Notes: generated by a model not told the origin, from the sequence alone. Positions 9,199-19,946 are shown, numbered from the stretch's first letter. The stretch: 32,000 nucleotides of DNA from Alkalilimnicola ehrlichii MLHE-1 (GCF_000014785.1 NC_008340.1:1140001-1172000), one strand, 5' to 3'. Numbers and translations: made by a program.

Positions 9199-9927
9199 AT
9201 GGTGTCGGACAGGCGCAGTCGAAGGGTGAGTATTGGGGTGCTCCTGCTCTGGGCCCCGATGGCCCTGCTGGCAGAGGAACTGGTGCTTACCACCGAAGAC
9301 TACCCCCCCTACAATTTCCAGGATGAGGACGGGGGGTTATCCGGTATCTCCACCGATGTGTTGCGGGAGGCGTTGGAGCGGGCCGAGATTGAGGCCTCTT
9401 TCCGCCTTCTGCCCTGGGCCCGGGCCTATGCGGCGGCACAACAGCGGCCCGGCGCCTGTGTCTATTCCACCGGCCGTACGCCTGAGCGCGAGCCGCTGTT
9501 CGAATGGGTTGGCCCGCTCTCCGACAACGACTGGGCGGCCTTCAGCCATCCCGATGCCGACGTGGAGGCCGAGTCCGTCGGCGATCTGCACATGCTGCGG
9601 GTGGGAGGGTTCCGTGGCGATGCCACCTCCGCCTACCTGGAGTCACGAGGGGTGGATATCGATTATGTCAGTCACGATGCCCTGAACGCCCGCCGCCTGC
9701 AGGCCGGCCGGATTGATGTCTGGGTCACCGGCAGCCGGGTGGCCCCCTGGCTCGCACGCCGGGAAGGCACCGGCCCGGTGGAACAGCGGTTCGTCTTCCG
9801 GGAGGTGGACCTTTACCTGGCCTGCCATCCCGACACCGATCCCGATACCCTGGCGCGTCTGCGGTCGGCACTGCAGGCCATGGAGGCCGACGGGGCGACC
9901 GAGGAGATCCGCGACCATTACCGTTGA
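9199..9927 (+). CDS. Periplasmic substrate-binding protein, ABC family 3-like (SBP_bac_3)
   Basis: Signal-like N-terminus SIGVLLLWAPMALLAEE then LVLTTEDYPPYNFQDEDGGLSGISTDVLREALERAEIEASFRLLPWARAYAAAQQRPGACVYSTGRTPEREPLFEWVG, typical of this family. Confidence 0.8.
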   Translation: MVSDRRSRRVSIGVLLLWAPMALLAEELVLTTEDYPPYNFQDEDGGLSGISTDVLREALERAEIEASFRLLPWARAYAAAQQRPGACVYSTGRTPEREPLFEWVGPLSDNDWAAFSHPDADVEAESVGDLHMLRVGGFRGDATSAYLESRGVDIDYVSHDALNARRLQAGRIDVWVTGSRVAPWLARREGTGPVEQRFVFREVDLYLACHPDTDPDTLARLRSALQAMEADGATEEIRDHYR

Positions 9928-9953
9928 CCGACCTTTTCTGTGAGGATGAATCC

Positions 9954-9975
9954 GGTATAGTTAACAACTAGTACC
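9954..9975. promoter_or_regulatory. AT-rich imperfect inverted repeat upstream of siaB-like gene
   Basis: GGTA-TAGTT-AAC-AACTA-G-TACC: palindromic apart from one extra base, 60 bp upstream of the siaB-like start. Confidence 0.35.
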
Positions 9976-10034
9976 AATAGGGAGTGTCGTCCCCCTCGGA
10001 CGGCGCGCACACGGGCGCCTGATCGGGAGAGCGC

Positions 10035-10589
10035 ATGCTGGCGAGCGATTACCTGCGTTTCCGGGATGATCTCGTAGGTAGGGGTATCATTTTCTCCTTT
10101 ACCGGCTATGTTACCGAGAGCATTCTCACGGCGCTGGGTGAGGCCCTGCGCCACAAGATGCGTCTGGACGACGCGGATCCCCGGGTGACCCGGAAGGTCT
10201 TCTCTGTCTTCGTCGAGCAGGTCCAGAACATCATCCGCTACTCGGCGGACCGGGAGGGCGACGCTCAACAAGGTGGCGCGCCGGCATTGAGTTCCGGAAT
10301 GGTGACCGTCGGCCGTGACGGCGGGCGCTTTTTCGTGGTCTGTGGCAACACGGTGACGCCGGAGGATGCGCGGCGTCTGCGCGAGCGGCTGGAGAACCTG
10401 GCCCGCATGGACCGCGATCAACTGCGCAAATACTACAAGACGAAGCTCCGCGAACCGCCCGAGGAGGACAGCAAAGGGGCCAGTATCGGCCTCATTGAGA
10501 TTGCCCGGCGGGCGAGTGAGCCTATCGAGTTCGACTTCCTCGATCTGGACGCCGAGCACGTCTTTTTCTGTCTCAAGGCTTACATCTGA
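10035..10589 (+). CDS. siaB: SiaB-like protein kinase of a SiaC partner-switch system
   Basis: 184 aa: MLASDYLRFRDDLVGRGIIFSFTGYVTESILTALGEALRHKM...VEQVQNIIRYSADRE...GMVTVGRDGGRFFVVCGNTV...GLIEIARRASEPIEFDF; immediately precedes a DUF1987/SiaC-like gene. Confidence 0.8.
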   Translation: MLASDYLRFRDDLVGRGIIFSFTGYVTESILTALGEALRHKMRLDDADPRVTRKVFSVFVEQVQNIIRYSADREGDAQQGGAPALSSGMVTVGRDGGRFFVVCGNTVTPEDARRLRERLENLARMDRDQLRKYYKTKLREPPEEDSKGASIGLIEIARRASEPIEFDFLDLDAEHVFFCLKAYI

Positions 10590-10590
10590 G

Positions 10591-10998
10591 ATGACGATTG
10601 ATCCTATCGACCTGGAAGCCACGGACCGCACCCCGCGGGTGCTGTTCGACCCGCAGGCCGGGCGGTTTGAGATGTCCGGCGAGTCCTACCCGGAGGACGC
10701 CGCGGCGTTTTTCGGGCCGATCATGGAGGCGCTGAAGGCGTTTCTGGCCGACCCGGAGGGGGCGGCCCTGCAGGTCCGTCTGGAGATGGCTTATTTCAAC
10801 AGCAGCAGTGCCAAGGCGCTGATGAACATGTTTCAGCTGCTGGAGGACGCGGCCGGAGAGGGCCGAGAGGTGACGGTGGACTGGTACTACCAGGCCGGCG
10901 ACGACACCATGGAGGAGTTCGGGGAGGACTTCTCAGAGGATTTCGAGCATGCGGAATTCCACCTCAACGAGCGGGACGACGCATCCGCCTCCAGCTGA
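10591..10998 (+). CDS. siaC: SiaC-like regulator (DUF1987)
   Basis: MTIDPIDLEATDRTPRVLFDPQAGRFEMSGESYPEDAAAFFGPIMEALKAFL...LEMAYFNSSSAKALMNMFQLLEDAAGEGREVTVDWYYQAGDDTMEEFGEDF. Start is 1 bp after the siaB-like stop; the ORF-track entry starts too early, inside siaB. Confidence 0.85.
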   Translation: MTIDPIDLEATDRTPRVLFDPQAGRFEMSGESYPEDAAAFFGPIMEALKAFLADPEGAALQVRLEMAYFNSSSAKALMNMFQLLEDAAGEGREVTVDWYYQAGDDTMEEFGEDFSEDFEHAEFHLNERDDASASS

Positions 10999-11005
10999 CA
11001 ACCTT

Positions 11006-11893
11006 ATGGGCCAACGCATGAATCGCTCACGCGAGAAGAGGCCAGAGGACTGGTCGTCACCCTCCGTCGCGAAGGAGTCTCCTGGTCCGCGCTTCTCGCT
11101 CTTTGACCAGGAGGAGGCCCTGCTTGCCCACGCCGAGGAGATGGTGGGGAAGTTGGATCAGGTGGCGGATGGTGTGCGTGCGCTGGCGGACGCCTACCGG
11201 CAGAGCTACCGCTCGCAGACGCGGTTGTTGCGGATGAGCGACCGTATGCAGCTGGACCTGCAGCAGGCCAACCAGAAGCTGGAGGCCCAGGCGGAATCGC
11301 TGCGCACGCTCAACGAGGCCCTCGAGAAGGAGGTGCAGGCGCGCGAGACCCTGGCCGAGGAATTGCACCGCCTGGCCATGATGGATGACCTGACCGGGGT
11401 CTATTCCCGCCGCCAGGTGTTGGAGGTGGGGGAGCGGGAGCTGGCCCGTCGCCGTCGCCAGGGGCTCACGCCGCTCACTCTGCTGATGATGGACCTGGAC
11501 CACTTCAAGCGCATCAACGACAAGTACGGCCACGCTGCCGGGGACACGGTGCTGGTCGCCTTCTCCGAAGTGTTGCGGCGCAATCTGCGCGAGTCCGACG
11601 CCGTCGGGCGCCTGGGGGGCGAGGAGTTTCTTGCCGTCCTGCCCGATGTCGACCTGCAGGGCGGCCTGGCGTTGGCGGAACGGATCCGGTCCGAGATCGC
11701 CGAGTTGCGTATTCCCTGGCAGGAGGAGGCGATCCGGCTGACGGTCAGCATCGGGGTGGCGGGGATCCTGGCGGTGCATGAGTCCCTGGATGACACCATC
11801 ATGCGGGCTGATGACGCCCTCTATCAGGCCAAGGTGGCCGGGCGTAACCGGGTGACGGTGGCCGGCAGCGGGGCTCAAGGGCCGGAGGGTTGA
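11006..11893 (+). CDS. siaD: SiaD-like GGDEF diguanylate cyclase
   Basis: MMDDLTGVYSRRQVLEVGERELARRRRQGLTPLTLLMMDLDHFKRINDKYGHAAGD...RNLRESDAVGRLGGEEF: intact GGEEF with RxxD (RESD) five residues upstream; N-terminal coiled coil. Confidence 0.9.
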   Translation: MGQRMNRSREKRPEDWSSPSVAKESPGPRFSLFDQEEALLAHAEEMVGKLDQVADGVRALADAYRQSYRSQTRLLRMSDRMQLDLQQANQKLEAQAESLRTLNEALEKEVQARETLAEELHRLAMMDDLTGVYSRRQVLEVGERELARRRRQGLTPLTLLMMDLDHFKRINDKYGHAAGDTVLVAFSEVLRRNLRESDAVGRLGGEEFLAVLPDVDLQGGLALAERIRSEIAELRIPWQEEAIRLTVSIGVAGILAVHESLDDTIMRADDALYQAKVAGRNRVTVAGSGAQGPEG

Positions 11894-13563
11894 TGCAGGA
11901 AGCGGCAGCGCCGGGCCGGCGGGTTTCGCGGGGTCTGACCTTTAAGCAGGCGGTCACCACCCTGGTGGTGGTCTTCCTGTTGGGTGTGCTGGCGGCCGCC
12001 GTGGAGATCTACGCCGACTGGCGCTCCATGCGCGACGAGGTCCGTACCCATATGCAGCAGACCCTCGCCATGGTCGAGGGCTCGGCGGTGGACGCCGCCT
12101 TCAACCTCAACCCGGACGGTGCCAATCAGATCGCCCGGGGGTTGGCCGAGTACGAATTCATCCAGCGCGTGGAGTTGCACGATAACTTTGGCGACCGGCT
12201 GGCGCTGTACGATCGCCCCCGGGCGCTGAATGAGAATGGGATGGCGGGCCGGCTGTTCGACGACCTTTCCCACTGGGAGGTCGAGCTGATCCGGCAGGAC
12301 ATCATTGGCCGTGCTGAGCCCGTCGGTGAATTGCGGGTGCGACTGGACCCGGAGGTGATCGCCGCCGGTTTCGTGCACCGCACGGCAGTGAACGCAGGGG
12401 TCAACTTGATCAAGGCGCTGGCCATTTCGTTGCTGGTCGTCGCGATCTTCCACTTCCTCATCACCCGTCCGCTGTTGCGGCTGAACACCGCCATCGCCGG
12501 TGTAGACCCCGCCCACCCGGGCGATTGGTCGAGGCCGGGTATGCCCGGCCACCAGGGCGACGAGCTGGGCCAGATCGTGGGCTCGCTGGACCGTCTGCTG
12601 GGGGCCTTTCAGAAGGGGTTGAACCAGCGGGATCAGGCCGAGGGTGAGTTGAAGGCGCTGACCGAGGAGTTGGAGCAACGGGTACAGGACCGCACCCGTA
12701 AGCTGCAGGATGCCATGGACGAGCTTGCCGCGGAGAAGGAAGAGACCGAGGCCGCCTATGGGCGCCTCAACGAGGCGCACCGGGAGTTGGAGCGGGCCAA
12801 CCGCCTGGTGGTGGAGAGCATCCGCTACGCCCGCCGGATTCAGACGGCGATGCTCCCCGACAAGTCGGCACTGGGCGATGCCGTCCAGGAGATCCATGTC
12901 TGCTGGGAGCCGCTCCACCTGGTGGGCGGGGACTACTTCTGGCTGGAGCGTTTCGGGCGGCAGAGCCTGATTGTGGTGGTGGATTGCACCGGGCACGGTG
13001 TGCCAGGCGCCTTCATTACCCTGGTGGTGGCCTCGGCGCTGGACCGTATCCTCCACGAGCGCGATCTGCGCAGCCCGGCGGAGATCCTCACCGCCCTGGA
13101 CGAGATGGTCCGGGCCCGCCTGCGTCAGGATGGGGAGGAGCCGGAGTCCGACGACGGTCTGGATGCCAGCATCTGCCTCTGGGACGAGGCCGATCGCAGC
13201 GTGACGTTCTCCGGTGCCGGCCTGCCCTTGATTTACGTCGAGGATGGCGAGGCGCATGAAATCAAGGGCAACCGGGCCGGCCTCGGCTACCATAGCCTGG
13301 TCCCGCGTAAACCGTTCGTGGATCACCGGGTACCGGTGAAACCGGGGATGTCCTTCTACCAACTCACCGATGGCATCCCCGACCACATGGGTGGGGAGCC
13401 CCGGCGACTGCTCGGCCGCCGGCGGGTGCGCCGGCTGATCGCCCGTAACGCCCATCTGCCCATGGCCGAGCAGATCCAACGCCTGGAGGCGGAGCTGGAA
13501 CGCTACCGTGGCCCCGAACCCCGCCGTGATGACATGACCCTGGTGGGCTTCCGCCCCCTCTGA
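11893..13563 (+). CDS. siaA: SiaA-like membrane PP2C/SpoIIE-type phosphatase with extracytoplasmic region, HAMP and coiled coil
   Basis: Two TM segments flanking a periplasmic domain, ITRPLLRLNTAI HAMP-like region, then RRIQTAMLPDKSAL...CWEPLHLVGGDYFWLERFGRQSLIVVVDCTGHGVPGAFITLV...RRDDMTLVGFRPL. ATGA overlap with siaD. Confidence 0.87.
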   Translation: MQEAAAPGRRVSRGLTFKQAVTTLVVVFLLGVLAAAVEIYADWRSMRDEVRTHMQQTLAMVEGSAVDAAFNLNPDGANQIARGLAEYEFIQRVELHDNFGDRLALYDRPRALNENGMAGRLFDDLSHWEVELIRQDIIGRAEPVGELRVRLDPEVIAAGFVHRTAVNAGVNLIKALAISLLVVAIFHFLITRPLLRLNTAIAGVDPAHPGDWSRPGMPGHQGDELGQIVGSLDRLLGAFQKGLNQRDQAEGELKALTEELEQRVQDRTRKLQDAMDELAAEKEETEAAYGRLNEAHRELERANRLVVESIRYARRIQTAMLPDKSALGDAVQEIHVCWEPLHLVGGDYFWLERFGRQSLIVVVDCTGHGVPGAFITLVVASALDRILHERDLRSPAEILTALDEMVRARLRQDGEEPESDDGLDASICLWDEADRSVTFSGAGLPLIYVEDGEAHEIKGNRAGLGYHSLVPRKPFVDHRVPVKPGMSFYQLTDGIPDHMGGEPRRLLGRRRVRRLIARNAHLPMAEQIQRLEAELERYRGPEPRRDDMTLVGFRPL

Positions 13564-13573
13564 TTGCCCGCCG

Positions 13574-13613
13574 CCTGGACTGCCACGCCCCCTTCGGGGG
13601 CTCGCAGTGGCGA
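13574..13613. repeat. Half unit of the palindromic intergenic repeat family
   Basis: CTGGACTGCCACGCCCCCTTCGGGGGCTCGCAGTG matches the right half of the full units. Confidence 0.65.
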
Positions 13614-13630
13614 TGGAGGGGGCACACCCC

Positions 13631-13659
13631 CGTCATCGCGAGGGCCGAAGGCTTTGCCA
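13631..13659. repeat. Left-half partial unit of the intergenic repeat family
   Basis: CGTCATCGCGAGGGCCGAAGGCTTTGCCA, same 5' 22 bases as the full unit at 13661. Confidence 0.7.
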
Positions 13660-13660
13660 C

Positions 13661-13738
13661 CGTCATCGCGAGGGCCGAAGGCCCGTGGCGATCCAGAGCG
13701 GTAGACTGCCACGTCGGCTTCGCCTCCTCGCAGTGACG
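13661..13738. repeat. Full 78-bp palindromic intergenic repeat unit
   Basis: CGTCATCGCGAGGGCCGAAGGCCCGTGGCGATCCAGAGCGGTAGACTGCCACGTCGGCTTCGCCTCCTCGCAGTGACG; differs from 27922-27999 by one base. Confidence 0.88.
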
Positions 13739-13772
13739 GTGGGGGTGGCCTTTCCCGCGGTGGCGGTGATAA

Positions 13773-15350
<1,578 letters not shown>

Positions 15351-15436
15351 CGCCTGCCCAGCCCGGCCACGGCGGCAAAGCGTGCCCGTTGCCGGTGCGC
15401 TGCCCCCAGTGACGGTGGGCGTCGCGGGCTCGCTGC

Positions 15437-16192
15437 TCAGAGGGCTTGGAGCAGCAACGGTTCCAGCAACCTCCCCACCAGGAAGGCGGCCAGCGCGGCA
15501 CTGCCGCCCAACAGCAGGGTCTCCAGCCCCGCGCGCCAGCGGGACATATCCAGGATGACCCCCTTGGCGTAACCGATGCCGAAGAGCGCCAGAGCCGTCA
15601 CAACGGCGCTGATCAAAAAGTATTCGTCGCCGGCTAGGAAGGGCACCAGGAAGGGGGCCAGGGGCACGAAGCCGATGCCGACGAAGGCGGCGAAGGTGGT
15701 CAGGCCGGAGACCAGGGCCGAGGGGCCGTGCAAGGCCAGGCCGTGCTCTTCCATCAGCATGGTCTCCACCCACAGCCGCTGGTCCCGGGTGATGGTCTCG
15801 ACGATGTGCTCCAGGGCGTCGCCGTCAAAGCCCTTGGCCTCGAAGATGGCGCGGATCTCCTCCCGCTCCCCCTCCGGGTCCACCGCCACGTGGTGGTGCT
15901 CCTGTTCGCGCAGCCGGTGTCGCGCCTCGTCGGTGCTCTTCACGGCCTGATAGTTGCTCACTGCCATGCTCAGGGCGTCGGCAATCAGGCTGGCCAAGCC
16001 GAGCACAAAGGCGACCATGCCGGGCAGGCCGGCGCCGGCCACGCTGGCCACCAGCGCCAGGGTGGTGATGCAGCCGTCGATGCCGCCGAGGATGGCGTCG
16101 GGCAGGTAGCTGCGGTGCTTGTCGCCGGCCAGCCGCTCGCGGATGTCTGCCGGGTCGTGGCTGTGTTCCAGGTCGTGCCGTTTCGGGTTCAT
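15437..16192 (-). CDS. VIT1/CCC1-family (putative Fe/Mn) transporter
   Basis: HRSYLPDAILGGIDGCITTLALVASVAGAGLPG...LGLASLIADALSMAVSNYQAVKS...; C-terminal TM segments. Start MNPKRHDLEHSHD at 16192 with upstream purine-rich RBS. Confidence 0.85.
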   Translation of the reverse strand: MNPKRHDLEHSHDPADIRERLAGDKHRSYLPDAILGGIDGCITTLALVASVAGAGLPGMVAFVLGLASLIADALSMAVSNYQAVKSTDEARHRLREQEHHHVAVDPEGEREEIRAIFEAKGFDGDALEHIVETITRDQRLWVETMLMEEHGLALHGPSALVSGLTTFAAFVGIGFVPLAPFLVPFLAGDEYFLISAVVTALALFGIGYAKGVILDMSRWRAGLETLLLGGSAALAAFLVGRLLEPLLLQAL

Positions 16193-16388
16193 TCCTCTCT
16201 CCCCCGCACACCACGGCTGAGCCGGGCCTCCCCTGTTCCAGGCTGGCCGGTCCCGGTGTGTCCGGCGCCTGGGTGCGCGCCGGTCGTTGCATGCGGTATG
16301 CTGTGGCGCCTCAATGGCCGGCATTCCGGCGGTTTTTTTTAGCATGGGGCGTGTCCCTGTGCCAGCCTTCGTTCCAGCGGATCTATCA

Positions 16389-17966
16389 ATGACTCAGGAT
16401 ATTCACGCCCATCGCATCCTCATTCTCGATTTCGGCTCCCAGTACACTCAATTGATCGCCCGCCGTGTGCGCGAGGCGGGGGTATACTGCGAGATCTACG
16501 CCTGGGACGCCCCGGAGACGGCGATCCGCGATTTCGGTGCGGCCGGTTTTATCCTCTCCGGCGGGCCGGAGTCCATGACGGTGGACAACGGCCCGCGGGT
16601 CCCCGAGGCCGTCTTCCAGGCCGGCGTGCCGGTACTCGGCATCTGCTACGGCATGCAGGCCATGGCGGGCCAGTTGGGCGGCCGGGTGGAAGCCTCCGAT
16701 CACAAGGAGTTCGGCTATGCGCGGGTGCGCGCTCGCGGCCACTCGCGCCTGCTGCGCGACATCGAGGACCACGCCAGTCCCGAGGGCTGGGGGCTGCTGG
16801 ACGTCTGGATGAGCCACGGTGACCGGGTCACCGGCTTGCCCCCGGGGTTCAAGCTCATTGCCAGCACCGAGAGCTGCCCCATCGCCGGCATCGGTGACGA
16901 CGAGCGCGGCTATTACGGGGTGCAGTTCCACCCGGAGGTCACCCATACGCCTCAGGGGGCCCGTATCCTCTCCCGTTTCGTCCATGAGATCTGCGGCTGT
17001 CCGGCGGACTGGACGCCGGGGAATATCGTCGATGATCTGATCGAGCGTGTCCGGCGCCAAGTGGGCGGGGACAAGGTGCTCCTGGGGCTCTCCGGGGGGG
17101 TGGATTCCTCCGTGGTGGCGGCGCTGCTGCACCGGGCCATCGGCGACCAGCTGACCTGCGTCTTCGTGGACAACGGCCTGCTGCGCAAGGACGAGGGCGA
17201 TCAGGTGATGGCCACGTTCGCCCGGCACATGGGCGTGAACGTCATCCGGGTGGATGCCGAGGCGCGCTTTCTTGAGGCCCTGAAGGGCGTCGACGACCCG
17301 GAGCGCAAGCGCAAGATCATTGGCAATATGTTCATTGAGGTCTTCGACGAGCAGGCCGCCCGCCTGACCGAGGTGGACTGGCTGGCCCAGGGCACCATCT
17401 ACCCGGATGTGATCGAGTCCGCCGGTTCGGCCACCGGCAAGGCCCATGTCATCAAGTCGCACCACAACGTGGGCGGGCTGCCGGAGGACATGACGCTGAA
17501 GCTGGTGGAGCCGTTGCGCGAGCTGTTCAAGGACGAGGTGCGCCGCATCGGCCTGGAGCTCGGGCTGCCCGCCGACATGGTCTACCGGCACCCCTTCCCG
17601 GGGCCGGGCCTGGGGGTGCGGATCCTCGGCGAGGTGCGCAAGGAGTACGCGGACCTGCTTCGGGAGGCGGACGCCATCTTTATCGAGGAACTGCGCGCCC
17701 ACGACCTCTACGACCAGGTTAGCCAAGCCTTTGCCGTCTTCTTGCCCGTGAAGTCGGTGGGGGTCACCGGCGACGGCCGTCGCTACGAGTACGTGGTGGC
17801 GCTGCGGGCGGTGGAGACCATCGATTTCATGACCGCACGCTGGGCCCACCTGCCTTACGAGTTCCTGGATCACGTCTCCCGCCGGATCATCAACGAAATA
17901 CCTGGCATCTCCCGGGTGGCGTACGATATCTCCGGCAAACCCCCGGCGACCATCGAGTGGGAGTAA
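16389..17966 (+). CDS. guaA: GMP synthase (glutamine-hydrolyzing)
   Basis: [35 protein letters not shown]...[12 protein letters not shown] (class I glutamine amidotransferase)...[22 protein letters not shown]...[12 protein letters not shown]. Confidence 0.98.
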   Translation: MTQDIHAHRILILDFGSQYTQLIARRVREAGVYCEIYAWDAPETAIRDFGAAGFILSGGPESMTVDNGPRVPEAVFQAGVPVLGICYGMQAMAGQLGGRVEASDHKEFGYARVRARGHSRLLRDIEDHASPEGWGLLDVWMSHGDRVTGLPPGFKLIASTESCPIAGIGDDERGYYGVQFHPEVTHTPQGARILSRFVHEICGCPADWTPGNIVDDLIERVRRQVGGDKVLLGLSGGVDSSVVAALLHRAIGDQLTCVFVDNGLLRKDEGDQVMATFARHMGVNVIRVDAEARFLEALKGVDDPERKRKIIGNMFIEVFDEQAARLTEVDWLAQGTIYPDVIESAGSATGKAHVIKSHHNVGGLPEDMTLKLVEPLRELFKDEVRRIGLELGLPADMVYRHPFPGPGLGVRILGEVRKEYADLLREADAIFIEELRAHDLYDQVSQAFAVFLPVKSVGVTGDGRRYEYVVALRAVETIDFMTARWAHLPYEFLDHVSRRIINEIPGISRVAYDISGKPPATIEWE

Positions 17967-17970
17967 GGAC

Positions 17971-18465
17971 TTGGTCGGGACCGACTGCGGCGCGGTTGTC
18001 TGGCAACCCGAGGACATCCGCTGGATGCGGCGGGCGCTGGCCCTGGCCGATCAGGCCGAGGCGGCCGGCGAGGTGCCGGTCGGGGCCGTGCTGGTGCTGG
18101 ACGACCGGGAGGTGGCCGTCGGCAGCAACCAGCCCATCACCGCCCGGGACCCCACGGCGCATGCCGAGGTGGTGGCCCTGCGCCGGGCCGGCGAGGTGCT
18201 GGGGGCTTACCGGCTGTCCGGTACCACGCTTTACGTAACCCTGGAGCCCTGCACCATGTGCATCGGGGCTATTATCCATGCGCGGGTAAAGCGGGTGGTC
18301 TTCGCGGCCAGTGACCCCAAGACCGGTGCCTGCGGTTCGGTCTTTGCGCTGGCCGATGCGCCGGAGCATAACCATCACCCGGAGGTGGTCGGCGGCTTGC
18401 TCGCCACCGAGGCCGGTGATCGTCTGCGACGGTTTTTCCGGGCCCGGCGCCGGGCCCGCCGTTAG
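17971..18465 (+). CDS. tadA: tRNA-specific adenosine deaminase
   Basis: RRALALADQAEAAGEVPVGAVLV...DPTAHAEVVALR...TLYVTLEPCTMCIGAIIHARVKRVVFAASDPKTGACGS. Start may be TTG 17971 or GTG 17974. Confidence 0.93.
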   Translation: MVGTDCGAVVWQPEDIRWMRRALALADQAEAAGEVPVGAVLVLDDREVAVGSNQPITARDPTAHAEVVALRRAGEVLGAYRLSGTTLYVTLEPCTMCIGAIIHARVKRVVFAASDPKTGACGSVFALADAPEHNHHPEVVGGLLATEAGDRLRRFFRARRRARR

Positions 18466-19946
18466 TCGGCCGGCGGGTCCGCCGGCAACGGCGCCCCGGG
18501 CGGGGCGGGGGGTGTCGGCAGCGGGGGCTCGCCCAGCGCTTCCCCCGCGGGCACCTGGCGCCGCCCGGGCTCGGTAATGCGTTGCAGTAGCTGGTAATAG
18601 AGCCGGATGTTGCGCACGTAGTGCACCGGCTCCCAACCGCGCGCATAGCCGTGCCGGGTCTGCACATACCATTGGCGCTGGCTGAGCAGCGGCAGGTGGT
18701 CGCGGATGACTCGCCAGTCGTTCGGGTCGTAGCCGCGCTGGCGGGCGAGCCGGCGCGCGTCCTGCAGATGGCCGTAGCCCACGTTGTAGGCGGCCAGGGC
18801 CATCCAGGCCCGGTGCGGCTCTTCAATGTCCTCGGGCAGGCGCTCGAGCAGCCGGGAGAAATAGCGGGCGCCGCCAAAGATGCTTTGCTTGGGGTCGAGC
18901 CGATTGTCCACCCCCAGCATGGAGGCAGTATCCAGGGTGAGCATCATGATGCCCCGCACCCCGGTGGGTGAGACCGCCTGCGGATCCCAGTGGGACTCCT
19001 GATAGCCGATGGCCGCCAGCAGCCGCCAGTCCACCCCATACTCCTCGGCCGCCTCCTCGAACCAGTGCCGGTAGCGCGGCAGTCGATCCGCCACGTGGCG
19101 GTTGAAGGCCCGGAACCCCACGTAATCGAAACGGCCCAGGTGGCCGAAGTGCTCCTCCAGCAGCGTCGAGAGCGTGCCCTCCAGGCGCAGATCGGTGAAG
19201 TACCGGGCGGCCTCGTTATAGAGGCTGAGGTCCTCGGTGCGCGGGAAGGCCCACGCCAGTCCCTCCACGCCCGAGATCTCGAAGGCCTTGCGCAGCTCCG
19301 GGTAGTAGGCCCGGTTGATGCTCAGCTCATGGGAGTCGGCCACGGTGTAGCGCAGTTCCTCGTTCCAGACCCGGTAGAGCATGGCCTCGCTGTCTGCATG
19401 TTCATCCTCCGCCCAGGTCAGGTCGGGGTGGCTGCGGTTGCGCAGTTCCCGCAGCCGATCCGCGTGGCTGCTGTTGGCGATCACCGCCAACTCGCCCGGT
19501 CCGATCTCACTGAGGTCATCCGGTCGGGGGGTGCCCACCCGGTAGACCAGTTGCTGAGTAATGTCCTTGTAGGGCGGTGTGAACCAGTAGCGCTGGCCCC
19601 GGGATTCCGTGTAGGTGAGGCCGGCGGCGGCCAGGTCCGCCTCGCCATCGTCCAGCGCCGCGAAGATGGCCTCCAGGTCGGGGGCCACCAGCATGCGGAG
19701 CTGCACACCCAGGCGGTGGGCGAACGCCTGGGCCAGCTCGAACTCCAGGCCGGCCCGTCCCTTGTCCGTCTGGTAATAGGTGGTGGCGCTGATACGGGTG
19801 ATCACGCGCAGCTCGCCGCGTTCCAGAACGCGTTCCAGAATCGTGATCGGCTCCGGGTCGCGGGCCCGCTCCCAGGCGAGCCAGGCATAGGCCATTAGTG
19901 CCAGCGTGATGGCCCCGGCCACCAGGCGCACCGCCATGATTCGCAT
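18462..19946 (-). CDS. mltF: Membrane-bound lytic murein transglycosylase F
   Basis: N-terminal SBP_bac_3-like domain (LRVITRISATTYYQTDKGRAGLEFELAQAFAHRLGVQL) plus C-terminal SLT domain (YGVDWRLLAAIGYQESHWDPQAVSPTGVRGIMMLTLDTA). Confidence 0.93.
   Translation of the reverse strand: MRIMAVRLVAGAITLALMAYAWLAWERARDPEPITILERVLERGELRVITRISATTYYQTDKGRAGLEFELAQAFAHRLGVQLRMLVAPDLEAIFAALDDGEADLAAAGLTYTESRGQRYWFTPPYKDITQQLVYRVGTPRPDDLSEIGPGELAVIANSSHADRLRELRNRSHPDLTWAEDEHADSEAMLYRVWNEELRYTVADSHELSINRAYYPELRKAFEISGVEGLAWAFPRTEDLSLYNEAARYFTDLRLEGTLSTLLEEHFGHLGRFDYVGFRAFNRHVADRLPRYRHWFEEAAEEYGVDWRLLAAIGYQESHWDPQAVSPTGVRGIMMLTLDTASMLGVDNRLDPKQSIFGGARYFSRLLERLPEDIEEPHRAWMALAAYNVGYGHLQDARRLARQRGYDPNDWRVIRDHLPLLSQRQWYVQTRHGYARGWEPVHYVRNIRLYYQLLQRITEPGRRQVPAGEALGEPPLPTPPAPPGAPLPADPPAD

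Noticed and set aside
11875-13479. 534-aa minus-strand ORF
   Set aside because: Antisense shadow of the SiaA-like phosphatase gene.
9199-13563. Claiming the sia-like module as an entirely new system
   Set aside because: All four core proteins match roles in the established SiaABCD pathway; only the gene order, Ser substitution and linked SBP are potentially new.
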